A stretch of DNA of 38,512 nt from Actinomycetota bacterium (GTDB lineage Bacteria > Actinomycetota > CADDZG01 > JAHWKV01 > JAOPZY01): positions 1-38,512 of the forward strand of contig JAOPZY010000051.1 in the NCBI GenBank assembly GCA_025963875.1, given 5' to 3'. Below are positions 1-9,830 of the stretch, one piece after another. The notes under the pieces were generated by a model, which was not told where the DNA came from, ran no database searches, and was given only the letters and a program-made list of their open reading frames with translations. Position 1 is the stretch's first letter. Each line of letters starts with the position of its first letter. Both the position numbers and the translations under genes were made by a program.

Positions 1-2
1 GG

Positions 3-305
3 CTCCCCCGCGCAGACCTCGAGCGGCTGCGGGAGATACTCCGCGAGCGCGGCCTGGTCCCCGCCTCCGGCGACGAGGCGGACTCGGTGCTGGACGATCT
101 TCGGGCCAGCTACGAACCCTATGTCAACGCCCTGTCGAGGCAACTGCGGATGCCCCTGCCGTCGTGGCTGCCGCCGGAAGGCGCGGCCGACAACTGGGAG
201 GTCACCGCCTGGGAGGTCCTCTCCGGGCGCCGGGCGCGCCGTGACTTCGACCCGCCCACGCCGAGGAGACCGACGAGCGGCAGCGATCAGCCTCCGAATC
301 GGTAG
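3..305 (+). CDS. 3' part (gene begins before window) of a probable potassium/ion-channel family membrane protein
   Basis: Open frame from base 3: LPRADLERLREILRERGL...LDDLRASYEPYVNALSRQLRMPLPSWLPP...DNW, a C-terminal pattern I recall from bacterial Ion_trans_2 family proteins; the pore region is outside the window. Confidence 0.5.
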   Translation, partial: LPRADLERLREILRERGLVPASGDEADSVLDDLRASYEPYVNALSRQLRMPLPSWLPPEGAADNWEVTAWEVLSGRRARRDFDPPTPRRPTSGSDQPPNR

Positions 306-1207
306 TCGTCGAAGAACGCCACCGGCTCGTAGCCGATCTGGCGGTAGATGTGGTTGGGCGTGGGGTTGGAGACGTCGGCGAAGAGGAAGCAGGACGTGAG
401 GCCCCCCTCGAGCAGCGACGTGCTGAGGGCGGCGACCGACGAGCTCGCATACCCCTTCCGCCGGTGTTCCGGCGGTGTGTACACGGCATAGACCCGGCCC
501 CCGTTCGGGCTCGGCCGGCCCGTCGCCACCATGGAGACCGGTTCGGTGTTCTCCCAGAGGTAGACATTGCGGCCCCGGTGGGATACCAGGTCCTGGGCCA
601 TCCGCAGCGCGGCCGAGCGGTCCGAGACCCCCCCGGCGAGGGCCTCGTCGTTGAAGTCGGCGATCCAGCCCGCGATGAGCGCCGTGTCCGCGGGCCCGCC
701 GGCCCGCAGGCAGCCGGGCGCGGGGTGTGGTGGCGGGCGGATCTCCCGGGCCTCGTAGACCTGCAACGCCATGGCCCGCCGGAACGGCTCGGCATGGAGG
801 CGAGCCCACGCGGTAGCGAACAGCCGGGACTCTGCCGCGGGGCCCGACACGCCCGGCAGGAATAGCCCAAGGCCGGTCAGTCCCCCGGCGAGCGCTCCGA
901 CTGCCCCCACCGTCGCAGCACGGGAGATCACGAGATTGCGGGGCGGCGTGCAGACCCCGACGGCCGCGATGCCGGCGCCCTCCTCGACGAGGGCAAGCAC
1001 CGGACCGCCCCCCGAATCGGCCCCGTAGGCCCAGCCGCTCGACAGGTTCGACAGGATGCCGAACAGGAGGCTGTGCTCCGCCTCGTGGACGACCAGGAAG
1101 TCCCCGACCCGGTCGGCGAACTCATCGGGATCCCGTAGCACGTTGAACCGCAGTTCGGGTAGCAAGGGCAGCCTCGGGGGTGGGCTGGGTGGGTCGGCCG
1201 GCGGCAA
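287..1207 (-). CDS. GNAT family N-acetyltransferase (FR47-like C-terminal domain)
   Basis: VYTPPEHRRKGYAS acetyl-CoA-binding motif A and N..Y..IGY motif B; exact start uncertain. Confidence 0.85.
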   Translation of the reverse strand: MPPADPPSPPPRLPLLPELRFNVLRDPDEFADRVGDFLVVHEAEHSLLFGILSNLSSGWAYGADSGGGPVLALVEEGAGIAAVGVCTPPRNLVISRAATVGAVGALAGGLTGLGLFLPGVSGPAAESRLFATAWARLHAEPFRRAMALQVYEAREIRPPPHPAPGCLRAGGPADTALIAGWIADFNDEALAGGVSDRSAALRMAQDLVSHRGRNVYLWENTEPVSMVATGRPSPNGGRVYAVYTPPEHRRKGYASSSVAALSTSLLEGGLTSCFLFADVSNPTPNHIYRQIGYEPVAFFDDYRFGG

Positions 1208-1242
1208 GGTTCAGGAGCGGAGAATAGTGCATAGTCGTTGCA

Positions 1243-2586
1243 ATGCAGACCGACACTTCCCCTGGGACAGTCGTCCACGTCGATCCCCCGACCACCCGGG
1301 TGGACGAGCCCTTCAGCCTGACGGTCTCGGGGCTGCCACCTGGTGAGCCCGTGACGATCCGTGCGACGACCCGGGACGGGGAACTGCGGGAGTGGGCCTC
1401 GCATGCCACCTTCCTCGCCGGCGACGACGGCACGGTCGACGTGGCGACTGCCGCGCCGCTGTCCGGGACGTACTCCGGCGTCGATCCCGCCGGCCTCCTG
1501 TGGTCGATGCTGCCGGTGCGCGGGCCGAGCACCTTCTTCGTTCGCCGGAAGGCCGCGCCGTTGCGGGTGCGTGTCACCGTGGAGGCCCCCCTCAAGGGGC
1601 CGGGTCAAGGTAAGCCCGAGGCCGGTGGGAGGGAGCTTGCCGCCTGCGACGTCGAGCGCACGTTCGGGGGCGAGACCGTCCTGCGGCGAGTGGCCGACGG
1701 CCGAGGCCTGGCGGGAGACCTGTTCTTCCCCGTCGCCGGCGGCCCCCACCCCGGGGTGATGGTCGTGAGCGGCTCGGACGGGGGCCAGCTGGACCACGCG
1801 GCCTCGCTCCTGGCTGCGCACGGCTACGCGGTGCTGTCGCTTGGCTATTTCGGCGTCGAGGACCGGCCGGCCGGGCTGCACCACATCGACCTGGAGTACT
1901 TCGAGCAGGCGCTGGACTGGATGGCGGTCCAGCCCGAGGTGAAGGGCGATCGGATCATCGTCATCGGGCTCTCGCGGGGTGGCGAGCTGGCCCTGCAGCT
2001 CGGCTCGATGTTCCCCCGGATTGCCGGCGTCGTAGCGGGCTCACCCTGCGGGATCCGCCAGGCCGGCATCACGAAGCGCAACAGCGACTTCACCAAGCCC
2101 GCCTGGATGTACGGGGGGACTGCGCTGCCGTACGTGCCCGCCCGGTTCAACCTCCGGCGGTTCCTCCAGTTCTACTCCGTCTTCGTCTTCCGGCGCCCGC
2201 TCCGACTCCGGCCGGTCTTCGAGCGCCTCCTCCGCAAGCACGACCTGGTGGCCGCCGCCACGATCCACGTCGAACGCATCAAGGGCCCGGTGCTGCTCCT
2301 CTCCGGCTCTGGGGACGAGCTCTGGCCGTCGGAGCGGTTCGCGGAGCTGGTGATGGCCCGCCTCGGCGACGAAGAGCGGCCCTATGCGGATGAGCATCTG
2401 CGGTATGCGGGGGCGGGGCACTTCATGTGCTTCCCCTACGCCCTGCCGTCGTTGCCCCCCATGACGAGAATGTCGCCGGTCCCGGTCTTCACGATGGACT
2501 TCGGGGGGACCCCCGCCGCCAACGCCGCCTCCGCCCGCGACTCCTGGCCCGAGATCCTGCGCTTCCTGGCCGCCATCCCCCAGTAG
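1243..2586 (+). CDS. Acyl-CoA thioesterase / BAAT family alpha/beta hydrolase
   Basis: N-terminal GTYSGVDPAGLLWSM, nucleophile motif GLSRGG, GDELW and GAGH triad motifs. Confidence 0.9.
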   Translation: MQTDTSPGTVVHVDPPTTRVDEPFSLTVSGLPPGEPVTIRATTRDGELREWASHATFLAGDDGTVDVATAAPLSGTYSGVDPAGLLWSMLPVRGPSTFFVRRKAAPLRVRVTVEAPLKGPGQGKPEAGGRELAACDVERTFGGETVLRRVADGRGLAGDLFFPVAGGPHPGVMVVSGSDGGQLDHAASLLAAHGYAVLSLGYFGVEDRPAGLHHIDLEYFEQALDWMAVQPEVKGDRIIVIGLSRGGELALQLGSMFPRIAGVVAGSPCGIRQAGITKRNSDFTKPAWMYGGTALPYVPARFNLRRFLQFYSVFVFRRPLRLRPVFERLLRKHDLVAAATIHVERIKGPVLLLSGSGDELWPSERFAELVMARLGDEERPYADEHLRYAGAGHFMCFPYALPSLPPMTRMSPVPVFTMDFGGTPAANAASARDSWPEILRFLAAIPQ

Positions 2587-2620
2587 GGCCGGGCCACTGA
2601 GCTCGGTGCGGTCCGCCGGC

Positions 2621-2674
2621 CAGTTTCCGTCAAAAAGGGCCGGCAGCACGCTTTTTGACGGAAACTACCGCCGC
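2621..2674 (-). repeat. REP-like palindrome, copy 1 (16-bp perfect stem 2622-2637/2651-2666, 13-nt loop, GTAG foot on minus strand)
   Basis: AGTTTCCGTCAAAAAG...CTTTTTGACGGAAACT between convergent genes; 49/54 identical to 28290-28343 in inverted orientation. Confidence 0.85.
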
Positions 2675-2678
2675 TTCG

Positions 2679-4418
2679 TCAGGGCTGCGACAGGATCGCC
2701 ACCGATTCGGCCGGGAGCTTGAGCGATCTCCCGCCGAGGCTCACATCGGGGTCCGATCCGAGCTCGAGGGTGGCCCGCTCCCCGACGTGGAACTCGGCGG
2801 GCTGCGGCGCCAGGTTGGCGACGAGCTCGACGGCCCCCCGCCGCACGCGGAGCCACTGGTCCTCCTCGCTGAAACTCACCTGCACGCGCTCCAGCCTGGA
2901 GTCGGTGAGGTCCGGCAACCGCCTGCGCAGCGCCAGGAGGGTGCGGTGCCATGCCAGCATCTCGGCATGGGGGGCCTCGCCCACCTCATCCCACCGCAGC
3001 TTCGAGCGGGCGAACGTCTCCGGCGCCTGAGGGTCGGGGATCTTGTCGGGGGGCCAACCGAAGGCGGCGAACTCGGCCCGCCGTCCGTTGTGGACCGCCG
3101 CCGCCAGGGCGGGGTCCCGGTGGTCGGTGAAGTAGAGGAACGGCGTGGAGGCGGCCCACTCCTCGCCCTGGAACAGCATCGGGACGAAGGGTGACGTGAG
3201 GACCAGGGCGGCGCCGATCTTGAGGCGGCCGAGGGTCATCAGTGCCGCGCTGCGCTCCCCGAGCGCCCGGTTGCCCACCTGGTCGTGGTTCTGCAGGAAG
3301 CCGACGAAGCTCCTACCGCCCAGCCCGGTGAAGGGCCGCCCGTGGCGCCGGCGACGAAACGGCGAGTAGCGGCCGTCGTAGAGCACCCCCCGCTCCAGGC
3401 ACTGGGCGACGTCGGCGATCGAGCCGAAGTCCTCGTAGTAACCCTCCCGCTCCCCGGCCAGGAGCGCATGGAGCGCGTGGTGGAAGTCCTCGTTCCACAC
3501 CGAGTCCATCCCGTACCCGCCGATCTCCCGCGCCCGGACAACCCTCGGGTCGTTCAGGTCGCTCTCGGCGATGATCAGGAGGTCCCGGCCCACGGCCGCC
3601 GAGACGTCGTCGGCGCGCAGCACCATCTCCTCGAGGAAGTGCACCGCGGAGGTGTCGATGATCGCGTGCACGGCGTCGACCCGCAGGGCGTCGAAGTGGT
3701 AGTCCCGGAGCCACATCGCCCCGTTGTCGATGAAGAAGGCCCGGACCTCGTCGCTGAACGCACCGTCGAGGTTCACCGCCTTGCCCCAGGGCGTGGCGTA
3801 CCGGGCCGTGAAGTACGGACCGAAGCGCTCCAGGACGTTCCCCGCCGGCCCGAGGTGGTTGTACACGACGTCGAGGATCGCCGCGAGGCCCCGCTCGTGG
3901 CAGGCGTCGACCAGGCGCTTGAGGGCGTCGGGACCGCCGTAGGCGTGGTGTGGCGCGTAGAGGAAGACGCCGTCGTACCCCCACCCGTGATCCCCCGAGA
4001 ACTCGTTGACCGGCATGAGCTCCACCGCCCGCACCCCGAGGTCCACCAGCTGGTCGAGCCGTCCGATGGCGGCGTCGAACGTGCCCTCGGGCGTGAAGGT
4101 CCCGGTATGCAGCTCGTACACGGCGCCCCCCGAGAGCCACGCTGCGGGGCAACCGTGCCACTGCTGGTCCGTCCAGGTGAACGACCCGTGGTCGAGGACG
4201 CGGGAGGGGCCCTCGATGCCCTCGGGCTGCCAGGGCGATCGGGGATCGGGCAGCGGCTCGGATCCGTCCACCACGAACCAGTAGTCGGTGCCCGGCCCCG
4301 CCGCCTCCAGGTCCACCTCCCACCAGCCGCCGGGCAACGCCTTCATCGGTGCCGGCTCGGCCGTCGTCACCACGCCGACCGCTTCGCCCTCGGGGGCCCA
4401 GACTGCAAAATGGGTCAC
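2679..4418 (-). CDS. treZ: Malto-oligosyltrehalose trehalohydrolase (GH13)
   Basis: VWAP start, YELHTGTF, WGYDGV, DVVYNH, RVDAVH, QNHDQVGNR; GTG start at 4418 overlaps the treY stop (GTGA). Confidence 0.95.
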   Translation of the reverse strand: MTHFAVWAPEGEAVGVVTTAEPAPMKALPGGWWEVDLEAAGPGTDYWFVVDGSEPLPDPRSPWQPEGIEGPSRVLDHGSFTWTDQQWHGCPAAWLSGGAVYELHTGTFTPEGTFDAAIGRLDQLVDLGVRAVELMPVNEFSGDHGWGYDGVFLYAPHHAYGGPDALKRLVDACHERGLAAILDVVYNHLGPAGNVLERFGPYFTARYATPWGKAVNLDGAFSDEVRAFFIDNGAMWLRDYHFDALRVDAVHAIIDTSAVHFLEEMVLRADDVSAAVGRDLLIIAESDLNDPRVVRAREIGGYGMDSVWNEDFHHALHALLAGEREGYYEDFGSIADVAQCLERGVLYDGRYSPFRRRRHGRPFTGLGGRSFVGFLQNHDQVGNRALGERSAALMTLGRLKIGAALVLTSPFVPMLFQGEEWAASTPFLYFTDHRDPALAAAVHNGRRAEFAAFGWPPDKIPDPQAPETFARSKLRWDEVGEAPHAEMLAWHRTLLALRRRLPDLTDSRLERVQVSFSEEDQWLRVRRGAVELVANLAPQPAEFHVGERATLELGSDPDVSLGGRSLKLPAESVAILSQP

Positions 4419-7093
4419 GGCGATACCCGGGTGAGCAGCGCCACGGGCAGCGCCGACCAGAGGTCGGGGAGGACGGTGTCTCCCTCGTGCTCGCGGCGGG
4501 TGATCTCGTCCAGCCAGCGTCCGGGCGGCAGCGTGACCGCCGTCTGCCGGGCGGGACCCTCGGCCACCGCCCATCTCCCGGCGTCGCCTCCGGTGATCCC
4601 CATCGCCAGCCGTGGCACCACCGTGACCGCCGCGCCGCCCCTGCCGAACGCGACCACCCGGTCCGCCATGGGCCCTCCGGCTTCGAGCGGTCGGTACTCG
4701 CTGGTACCGGCGAACACTCCCGGCAGCCGCCGGCGAACGGAGAGGGCTGCCCGAATGACCGCCAGCTTGGGGAGCCCCGACGGAGCCTGCCCCCACAGCC
4801 GCTCGGGAGGTGTCCGCTGGAGCTGGTCGAGCCGCCTCCGGCGGAGTGTGAAGTCGACGGGCCGGCGGTTGTCCGGGTCGACGAGGCTGAGATCCCACAG
4901 CTCGGTCCCCTGGTACACGTCGGGGACACCAGGGGAAGTGAGCAGCAGCAGCATCTGCGACAGAGAGTTCACCCAGCCCGGTGCGAGCAGCGGCTCGACG
5001 AAGCCCTGCAGATCCCGCCGGAACTCCCCGTCCCGCATGACGCCCTGGACGAAGCGGGCCAGGGCATCGTCGTAGCCAGGATTGGGATCGGTCCACGAGG
5101 TGTGCTCCTTCGCCTCCTTGGAGGCCTTCTGGAGGTAGGCGAGCGCCCGCTCCTCGTCGATCGGCCAGGCTCCCACGAGGGTCTGGTACAGCAGGTACTC
5201 GATGTTGTGATCGGGCCAGCCTCCCGAGCGGTGCTTGTCGTTGATCTTCATCCACCCCCGGACGGCCTCGGCCCAGCGCTCCGGGATCTCGGTCAGCAGG
5301 TTGGTCCGGGCCCGCACGTCCGCGCCGCGCTTGGTGTCGTGGGTGGACAGGGTGAGCATCGTCGCCGGCCAGTCCCGTGCGGTCTCGGCGTTGAGCCGGT
5401 GGAACTCCTCGACGCTCACGCCGAAACGTTCCGGCGACCCGCCGACCTCGTTCAGCGACACCAGCCGGTAGTAGCGGTAGAAGGCGGTGTCCTCCACCCC
5501 CTTGGCCGTCACCGCTGCGGAGATCTGCTGGAGCCGCATCACCAGCTCGGACTCGCGGTGGCCCCGTAGGTCGAGCGTCATCAGGCGGTAGATGAACTCG
5601 AAGAGCTCCGGGTCGAGATCCGGCCGGTTCCGCCGGCCTGCCTCCGCTGCCCTCCCCACGATGGTCCGGTCCTCGGGCTCGATCCTTCCCTCGTCGGCAT
5701 TGACGTAGGTGCGGTAGACGGGCAGGCAGGCCATGAACTCACGCAGCGCCTCGTGCAGCTCGTGGCGGCTGTAGTCGCGGTAGCGCCGGTGGAGCTCGCA
5801 GATCTCCACGAGCAGTTGCGTCAACCGGTTGATGTCGCTGGCCAGCACCATTTGCATGACCTCGAGCTTGGCGGCGGAGGCAATCGTGTCGAACTCCCGG
5901 GTCTCGCCCGTCAGCTCCTGGTAGAGCTCCGTCATGGGTCGCTCGGCGGCAGCGTTCACGAACAGGCCGTTGGCCCGGTTCAGGAAGTCGTACCCGGTGG
6001 TGCCCGCGACGGGCCAGGAACGCCGGAGGGGCTCGCCCGGGTGCAGGATCTTCTCCACCACGACCCATGCATCCGGGGCCCGGTCCGTGAGGCGGCGGAG
6101 GTAGCCCTCCGGGTCGCGCAGGCCGTCGGGGTGGTCGATGCGGACACCGTCGAGCACACGCCGGGCCAGCCAGCGCAGCACGAGCATGTGGGTGGCAGCG
6201 AAGACGTCCTCCCGCTCCATGTTGAGCCCGACGAGGGTGTTGATGTCGAAGAAGCGGCGGTACGGAAGGTCGCGGCCGGCGGTACGCCAGTAGGCGAGCC
6301 GGTAGTTCTGCCGCTCGAGGAGACTGTCGAGGGTGTCGGGGTCGGCGTTCACCAGGTTGATGGTCTCGTCGACCGCCGCGGCGACGGCCGGTCGTTCGTC
6401 CATCAGGCGCGCCAGCGCGCCCAGCAGGACGTCGGCGTCGCGCTCACGCTCGTGGATCGAGTCGGCGTCGGTGGCGGTGCCGGGCGGGATGCGCCCCAGC
6501 GCGGCACCGATGCTCTCCAGCTCGTCGGAGCCGCTGCGTCCCGCCGCCACCTGGAGCAGGCGGTCGAGGGAGTCCGGCGTCACCGGGAGCACCTGGCCGG
6601 GGCACAGCACCTGGAACACGGCACCGAAATGGACGAGGCGGATCTCGCCGGACTCCAGCACCCGCCCGTAGTGGTTGGCGAGCACCGGCAGCAGCACCTT
6701 GTTGCGCAGGCGCGACTCGGGGCCGTGCCAGTCGATGTCGAAGTAGCCGGCGTAGCGGCTGGACGGCCCGTTCTGCAACACGTCCCACCACCATGCGTTC
6801 TCCGGACCGGTCGCCATGTGGTTCGGCACGACGTCGAGGATCTGCCCGAGACCGTTGTCCTTCAGGGAGGCATCGAGGCGGGCGTGGGCGGCGGCACCCC
6901 CGAGTTCCTCGTTGACCCACCCGTAGTCGACGATGTCGTAGCCGTGGGTGCTGCCCGGTGCCGCCTGCAGGTAGGGCGAGCAGTAGAGGTGCGAGATGCC
7001 GAGCGCCGCCAGATAGTCCGCCAGCGACGCCGCCTCGTCGAAACCGAAGCCCGGCCGGAGCTGGACCCGGTAGGTGCCGACGAGATCAGTCAC
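4415..7093 (-). CDS. treY: Malto-oligosyltrehalose synthase (GH13)
   Basis: TYRVQL, STHGYD, DVVPNHM, RIDHPDGL, STHDTKR, LVDPDNRRPVD motifs. Confidence 0.95.
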   Translation of the reverse strand: MTDLVGTYRVQLRPGFGFDEAASLADYLAALGISHLYCSPYLQAAPGSTHGYDIVDYGWVNEELGGAAAHARLDASLKDNGLGQILDVVPNHMATGPENAWWWDVLQNGPSSRYAGYFDIDWHGPESRLRNKVLLPVLANHYGRVLESGEIRLVHFGAVFQVLCPGQVLPVTPDSLDRLLQVAAGRSGSDELESIGAALGRIPPGTATDADSIHERERDADVLLGALARLMDERPAVAAAVDETINLVNADPDTLDSLLERQNYRLAYWRTAGRDLPYRRFFDINTLVGLNMEREDVFAATHMLVLRWLARRVLDGVRIDHPDGLRDPEGYLRRLTDRAPDAWVVVEKILHPGEPLRRSWPVAGTTGYDFLNRANGLFVNAAAERPMTELYQELTGETREFDTIASAAKLEVMQMVLASDINRLTQLLVEICELHRRYRDYSRHELHEALREFMACLPVYRTYVNADEGRIEPEDRTIVGRAAEAGRRNRPDLDPELFEFIYRLMTLDLRGHRESELVMRLQQISAAVTAKGVEDTAFYRYYRLVSLNEVGGSPERFGVSVEEFHRLNAETARDWPATMLTLSTHDTKRGADVRARTNLLTEIPERWAEAVRGWMKINDKHRSGGWPDHNIEYLLYQTLVGAWPIDEERALAYLQKASKEAKEHTSWTDPNPGYDDALARFVQGVMRDGEFRRDLQGFVEPLLAPGWVNSLSQMLLLLTSPGVPDVYQGTELWDLSLVDPDNRRPVDFTLRRRRLDQLQRTPPERLWGQAPSGLPKLAVIRAALSVRRRLPGVFAGTSEYRPLEAGGPMADRVVAFGRGGAAVTVVPRLAMGITGGDAGRWAVAEGPARQTAVTLPPGRWLDEITRREHEGDTVLPDLWSALPVALLTRVSP

Positions 7094-9209
7094 GTCGCAG
7101 GAGCACCTGCGAGCGGGGCTTCACCTTCAGCTCCTCGCTCGCCCCGTAGATGAGCCCGTCCTCGTCGAAGCCGCCGCGGGGCTCGGAGGTGTCGAAGACC
7201 CGGGTCCACGACGATCCCCACTCGTCCGGGGGGAGAGCGAACGCCAGCGGCTCGAAATGGGCGTTGACCAGCCAGAGGAACGTGTCGTCGACGACGCGCT
7301 CCCCGCGGGCGTCGGGCTCCGCCATCGCCTCGCCGTTGAGGAAGACGCAGATGGACTTCGCGTAGCCGACGTTCCAGTCCTTCTCCTTCATCATCGTGCC
7401 CTGCGGCGTGAACCAGGCGATGTCCCGCTCGTCGCTGCCGCGGATCGAGCGTCCCTCGAACCAGCGCCTTCTGCGGAAGATCCGGTGGGCGAAGCGCAGT
7501 TCGATGAGGCGCCGGGTGAATTCGACCTGTTCGGCATTGGTCGCCGCCAGGTCCCAGTCGTACCAGGAGATCTCGCTGTCCTGGCAGTAGGCGTTGTTGT
7601 TGCCCTGCTGCGTGCGCCCCATCTCGTCGCCGCCCACCAGCATCGGGATGCCCTGGGACAGCATGAGCGTGGCAAGGAAGTTACGCATCTGCGTGGCCCG
7701 GAGGGCCAGGACCTGCGGGTCGTCGGTCGGCCCTTCGACGCCACAGTTCCAGGACCGGTTGTCGTCGGTGCCGTCGTTGTTGTCTTCGCCGTTGGCCGCG
7801 TTGTGCTTGTCGTTGTAGGTCACGAGGTCGTTGAGGGTGAAGCCGTCGTGGGCGGTGACGAAGTTCACGCTCGCGTAGGGCCGGCGACCGCTCCATTCGT
7901 AGAGGTCGGAGCTTCCGGTGATGCGAGCTGCGAACTCACCCAGGTTCCGGTCCTCGCCTCGCCAGAAATCCCGGATGAGGTCCCGGTACCTGCCGTTCCA
8001 TTCCGACCACAACGTCGGGAAGTTGCCGACCTGGTACCCGCCCTCGCCGACGTCCCACGGCTCGGCGATCAGTTTGACCCGGCTGACGACGGGGTCCTGC
8101 TGGATCAGGTCGAAGAATGCGGACAGCCGGTCCACGTCGTGCAGTTCACGGGCGAGCGTGGCCGCCAGATCGAACCGGAACCCGTCGACGTGCATCTCGG
8201 TCACCCAGTACCGCAGGCTGTCCATGATGAGCTGGAGGACGGAAGGGTGGCGCATGTTCAGGCTGTTGCCGGTCCCCGTGTAGTCCGTGTAGAACCGGCG
8301 TTCCTCCGGCATGAGCCGGTAGTAGGCGGCGTTGTCGATGCCCCGGAACGACAGCATCGGCCCCAGTTGGTTCCCCTCGGCGGTGTGGTTGTACACGACG
8401 TCGAGGATCACCTCGATGCCCGCGTCGTGCAGCGTCTTCACCATGAACTTGAACTCCTGGACCTGCTCGCCGTCCTGCCCTCCCGCGCTGTAGTCGTTGT
8501 GGGGGGCGAAGTAGCCGATGGAGTTGTAGCCCCAGTAGTTGCGCAGGCCCTTCTCCACGAGGTGGCTGTCGTTGACGAACTGGTGCACCGGCAGCAGCTC
8601 GACGGCGGTCACGCCGAGGTGCTGCAGGTAGTCGATCACCGCCGGGGTGGCGATCCCGGCGTACGTGCCTCGGAGCTCCTCGGGAACGCCGGGATGCAAC
8701 TTCGTCAGGCCCTTCACATGGGTCTCGTAGACCACCGTGTCGTGCCAGCGGTGGTTGGGCCTGCGTTCGGTGGACCAGTCGAAGAAGGGGTTGATGACCA
8801 CGGACTTCGGCATGAACGAAGCGCTGTCCGTCTCGTCCATCACCTCGTCGCTGCCGCCGAGCACGTAGGGGAAGACCGCCTGATCCCAACGCACGTCGCC
8901 ATCGATCGCCCTGGCATAGGGGTCGAGCAGGAGCTTGTTGGGATTGCAGCGGTGCCCCTCCTCCGGGTCGTAGGGCCCGTACACCCGGTACCCGTACCGC
9001 TGCCCGGGGCGGACGTTCGGCAGATAGCCGTGCCTCCAGGATCCTGTCTTCTCGGGGAGGGTGATGCAGGTCTCCTCGCCCTTGCCGTCGAACAGGCAGA
9101 GGTCGATGCGCTCCGCGACGTCGGAGAAAATCGAAAAGTTGGTGCCCGCGCCGTCGAACGTGGCCCCCAGGGGAAGGGGTCCGCCGGGCCAGACGGTTAC
9201 CGCTCCCAC
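7086..9209 (-). CDS. glgX: Glycogen debranching enzyme (isoamylase, TreX/GlgX)
   Basis: PLGAT, NKLLLDPYA, NYWGYN, DVVYNHTAEG, DGFRFDLA, AHDGFTL; GTG start at 9209 chosen behind a purine-rich RBS (ORF track starts at 9278). Confidence 0.95.
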   Translation of the reverse strand: MGAVTVWPGGPLPLGATFDGAGTNFSIFSDVAERIDLCLFDGKGEETCITLPEKTGSWRHGYLPNVRPGQRYGYRVYGPYDPEEGHRCNPNKLLLDPYARAIDGDVRWDQAVFPYVLGGSDEVMDETDSASFMPKSVVINPFFDWSTERRPNHRWHDTVVYETHVKGLTKLHPGVPEELRGTYAGIATPAVIDYLQHLGVTAVELLPVHQFVNDSHLVEKGLRNYWGYNSIGYFAPHNDYSAGGQDGEQVQEFKFMVKTLHDAGIEVILDVVYNHTAEGNQLGPMLSFRGIDNAAYYRLMPEERRFYTDYTGTGNSLNMRHPSVLQLIMDSLRYWVTEMHVDGFRFDLAATLARELHDVDRLSAFFDLIQQDPVVSRVKLIAEPWDVGEGGYQVGNFPTLWSEWNGRYRDLIRDFWRGEDRNLGEFAARITGSSDLYEWSGRRPYASVNFVTAHDGFTLNDLVTYNDKHNAANGEDNNDGTDDNRSWNCGVEGPTDDPQVLALRATQMRNFLATLMLSQGIPMLVGGDEMGRTQQGNNNAYCQDSEISWYDWDLAATNAEQVEFTRRLIELRFAHRIFRRRRWFEGRSIRGSDERDIAWFTPQGTMMKEKDWNVGYAKSICVFLNGEAMAEPDARGERVVDDTFLWLVNAHFEPLAFALPPDEWGSSWTRVFDTSEPRGGFDEDGLIYGASEELKVKPRSQVLLRRD

Positions 9210-9308
9210 GTTGATGCCTTCTCTTTTCTCTCTTCCTTCGTCACTCAAACCCCCCTTTTCCGCGCAGAACCGCTCCACGGTCGATCTGGGCCCATCTGAT
9301 GACTCTAC

Positions 9309-9314
9309 ATACCC
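9309..9314 (-). promoter_or_regulatory. Possible SigF/SigB-type -10 element (GGGTAT) upstream of glgX-treY-treZ
   Basis: GGGTAT on the minus strand 100 nt before the glgX start; the -35 match is weak and the adjacent TAGAGT could be a housekeeping -10. Confidence 0.35.
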
Positions 9315-9435
9315 AGGGCCCCGGGAACCTTGACCGGCACATCACCACTTCAGCGGGCTTCCACACGGCCGACGGTACCTGTGCATGTATCCCGCCGCGC
9401 CCTGCGGAGGGAAGCGTCAAACCAGGAGGCAGGCG

Positions 9436-9798
9436 ATGAGCAGGAGCGGCAGGATCTGGCGGGCAGGCACCGGCATCGCCCTGGTTGGTGCGCTGGCGAC
9501 CGGATGCGCACACGGAACCCGAGCCGCGACCCCACCCTCCCCCAGCGCCATCCCGGCGCAGGTGGCCCCGGTCGACGCCTCCACGGGAAAGGCTCCTGCG
9601 GCGGGGGAGCCGTCCGCAGCGGGGACCTCGGCCCCCGCGCCAGGCAAGCCGGTCGCTCCGGCGGCCGGCGCAACGCAGGACCCGCAGGCAACCGCGGACT
9701 CGCAGGCCGTCGACCGGTCCTTGAGCCAGATCGAGGCGGACCTCTCGACCATGGATCAGGCCGCCGCCTCGGGCGAGACGGACGTGCCGAGCAACTGA
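9436..9798 (+). CDS. Pro/Ala-rich lipoprotein, unknown function
   Basis: AGGAGG RBS then ATG 9436; signal peptide with lipobox LATG-C; low-complexity linker and short C-terminal helix. Confidence 0.75.
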   Translation: MSRSGRIWRAGTGIALVGALATGCAHGTRAATPPSPSAIPAQVAPVDASTGKAPAAGEPSAAGTSAPAPGKPVAPAAGATQDPQATADSQAVDRSLSQIEADLSTMDQAAASGETDVPSN

Positions 9799-9830
9799 AT
9801 CGTCCAGGAGCACTTCAGGAGGGGACAGCA

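Noticed and set aside
4419..5255. 279-aa N-terminal extension of treZ in the ORF track
   Set aside because: Overlaps treY in another frame; the GTG at 4418 coupled to the treY stop gives a normal TreZ
7074..9299. Long antisense or alternate-frame ORFs (e.g. 7074-9299 +, 3285-5075 +, 19087-20766 -, 20574-22709 -, 16235-17533 -)
   Set aside because: Shadows of well-supported genes in high-GC DNA; no recognisable motifs
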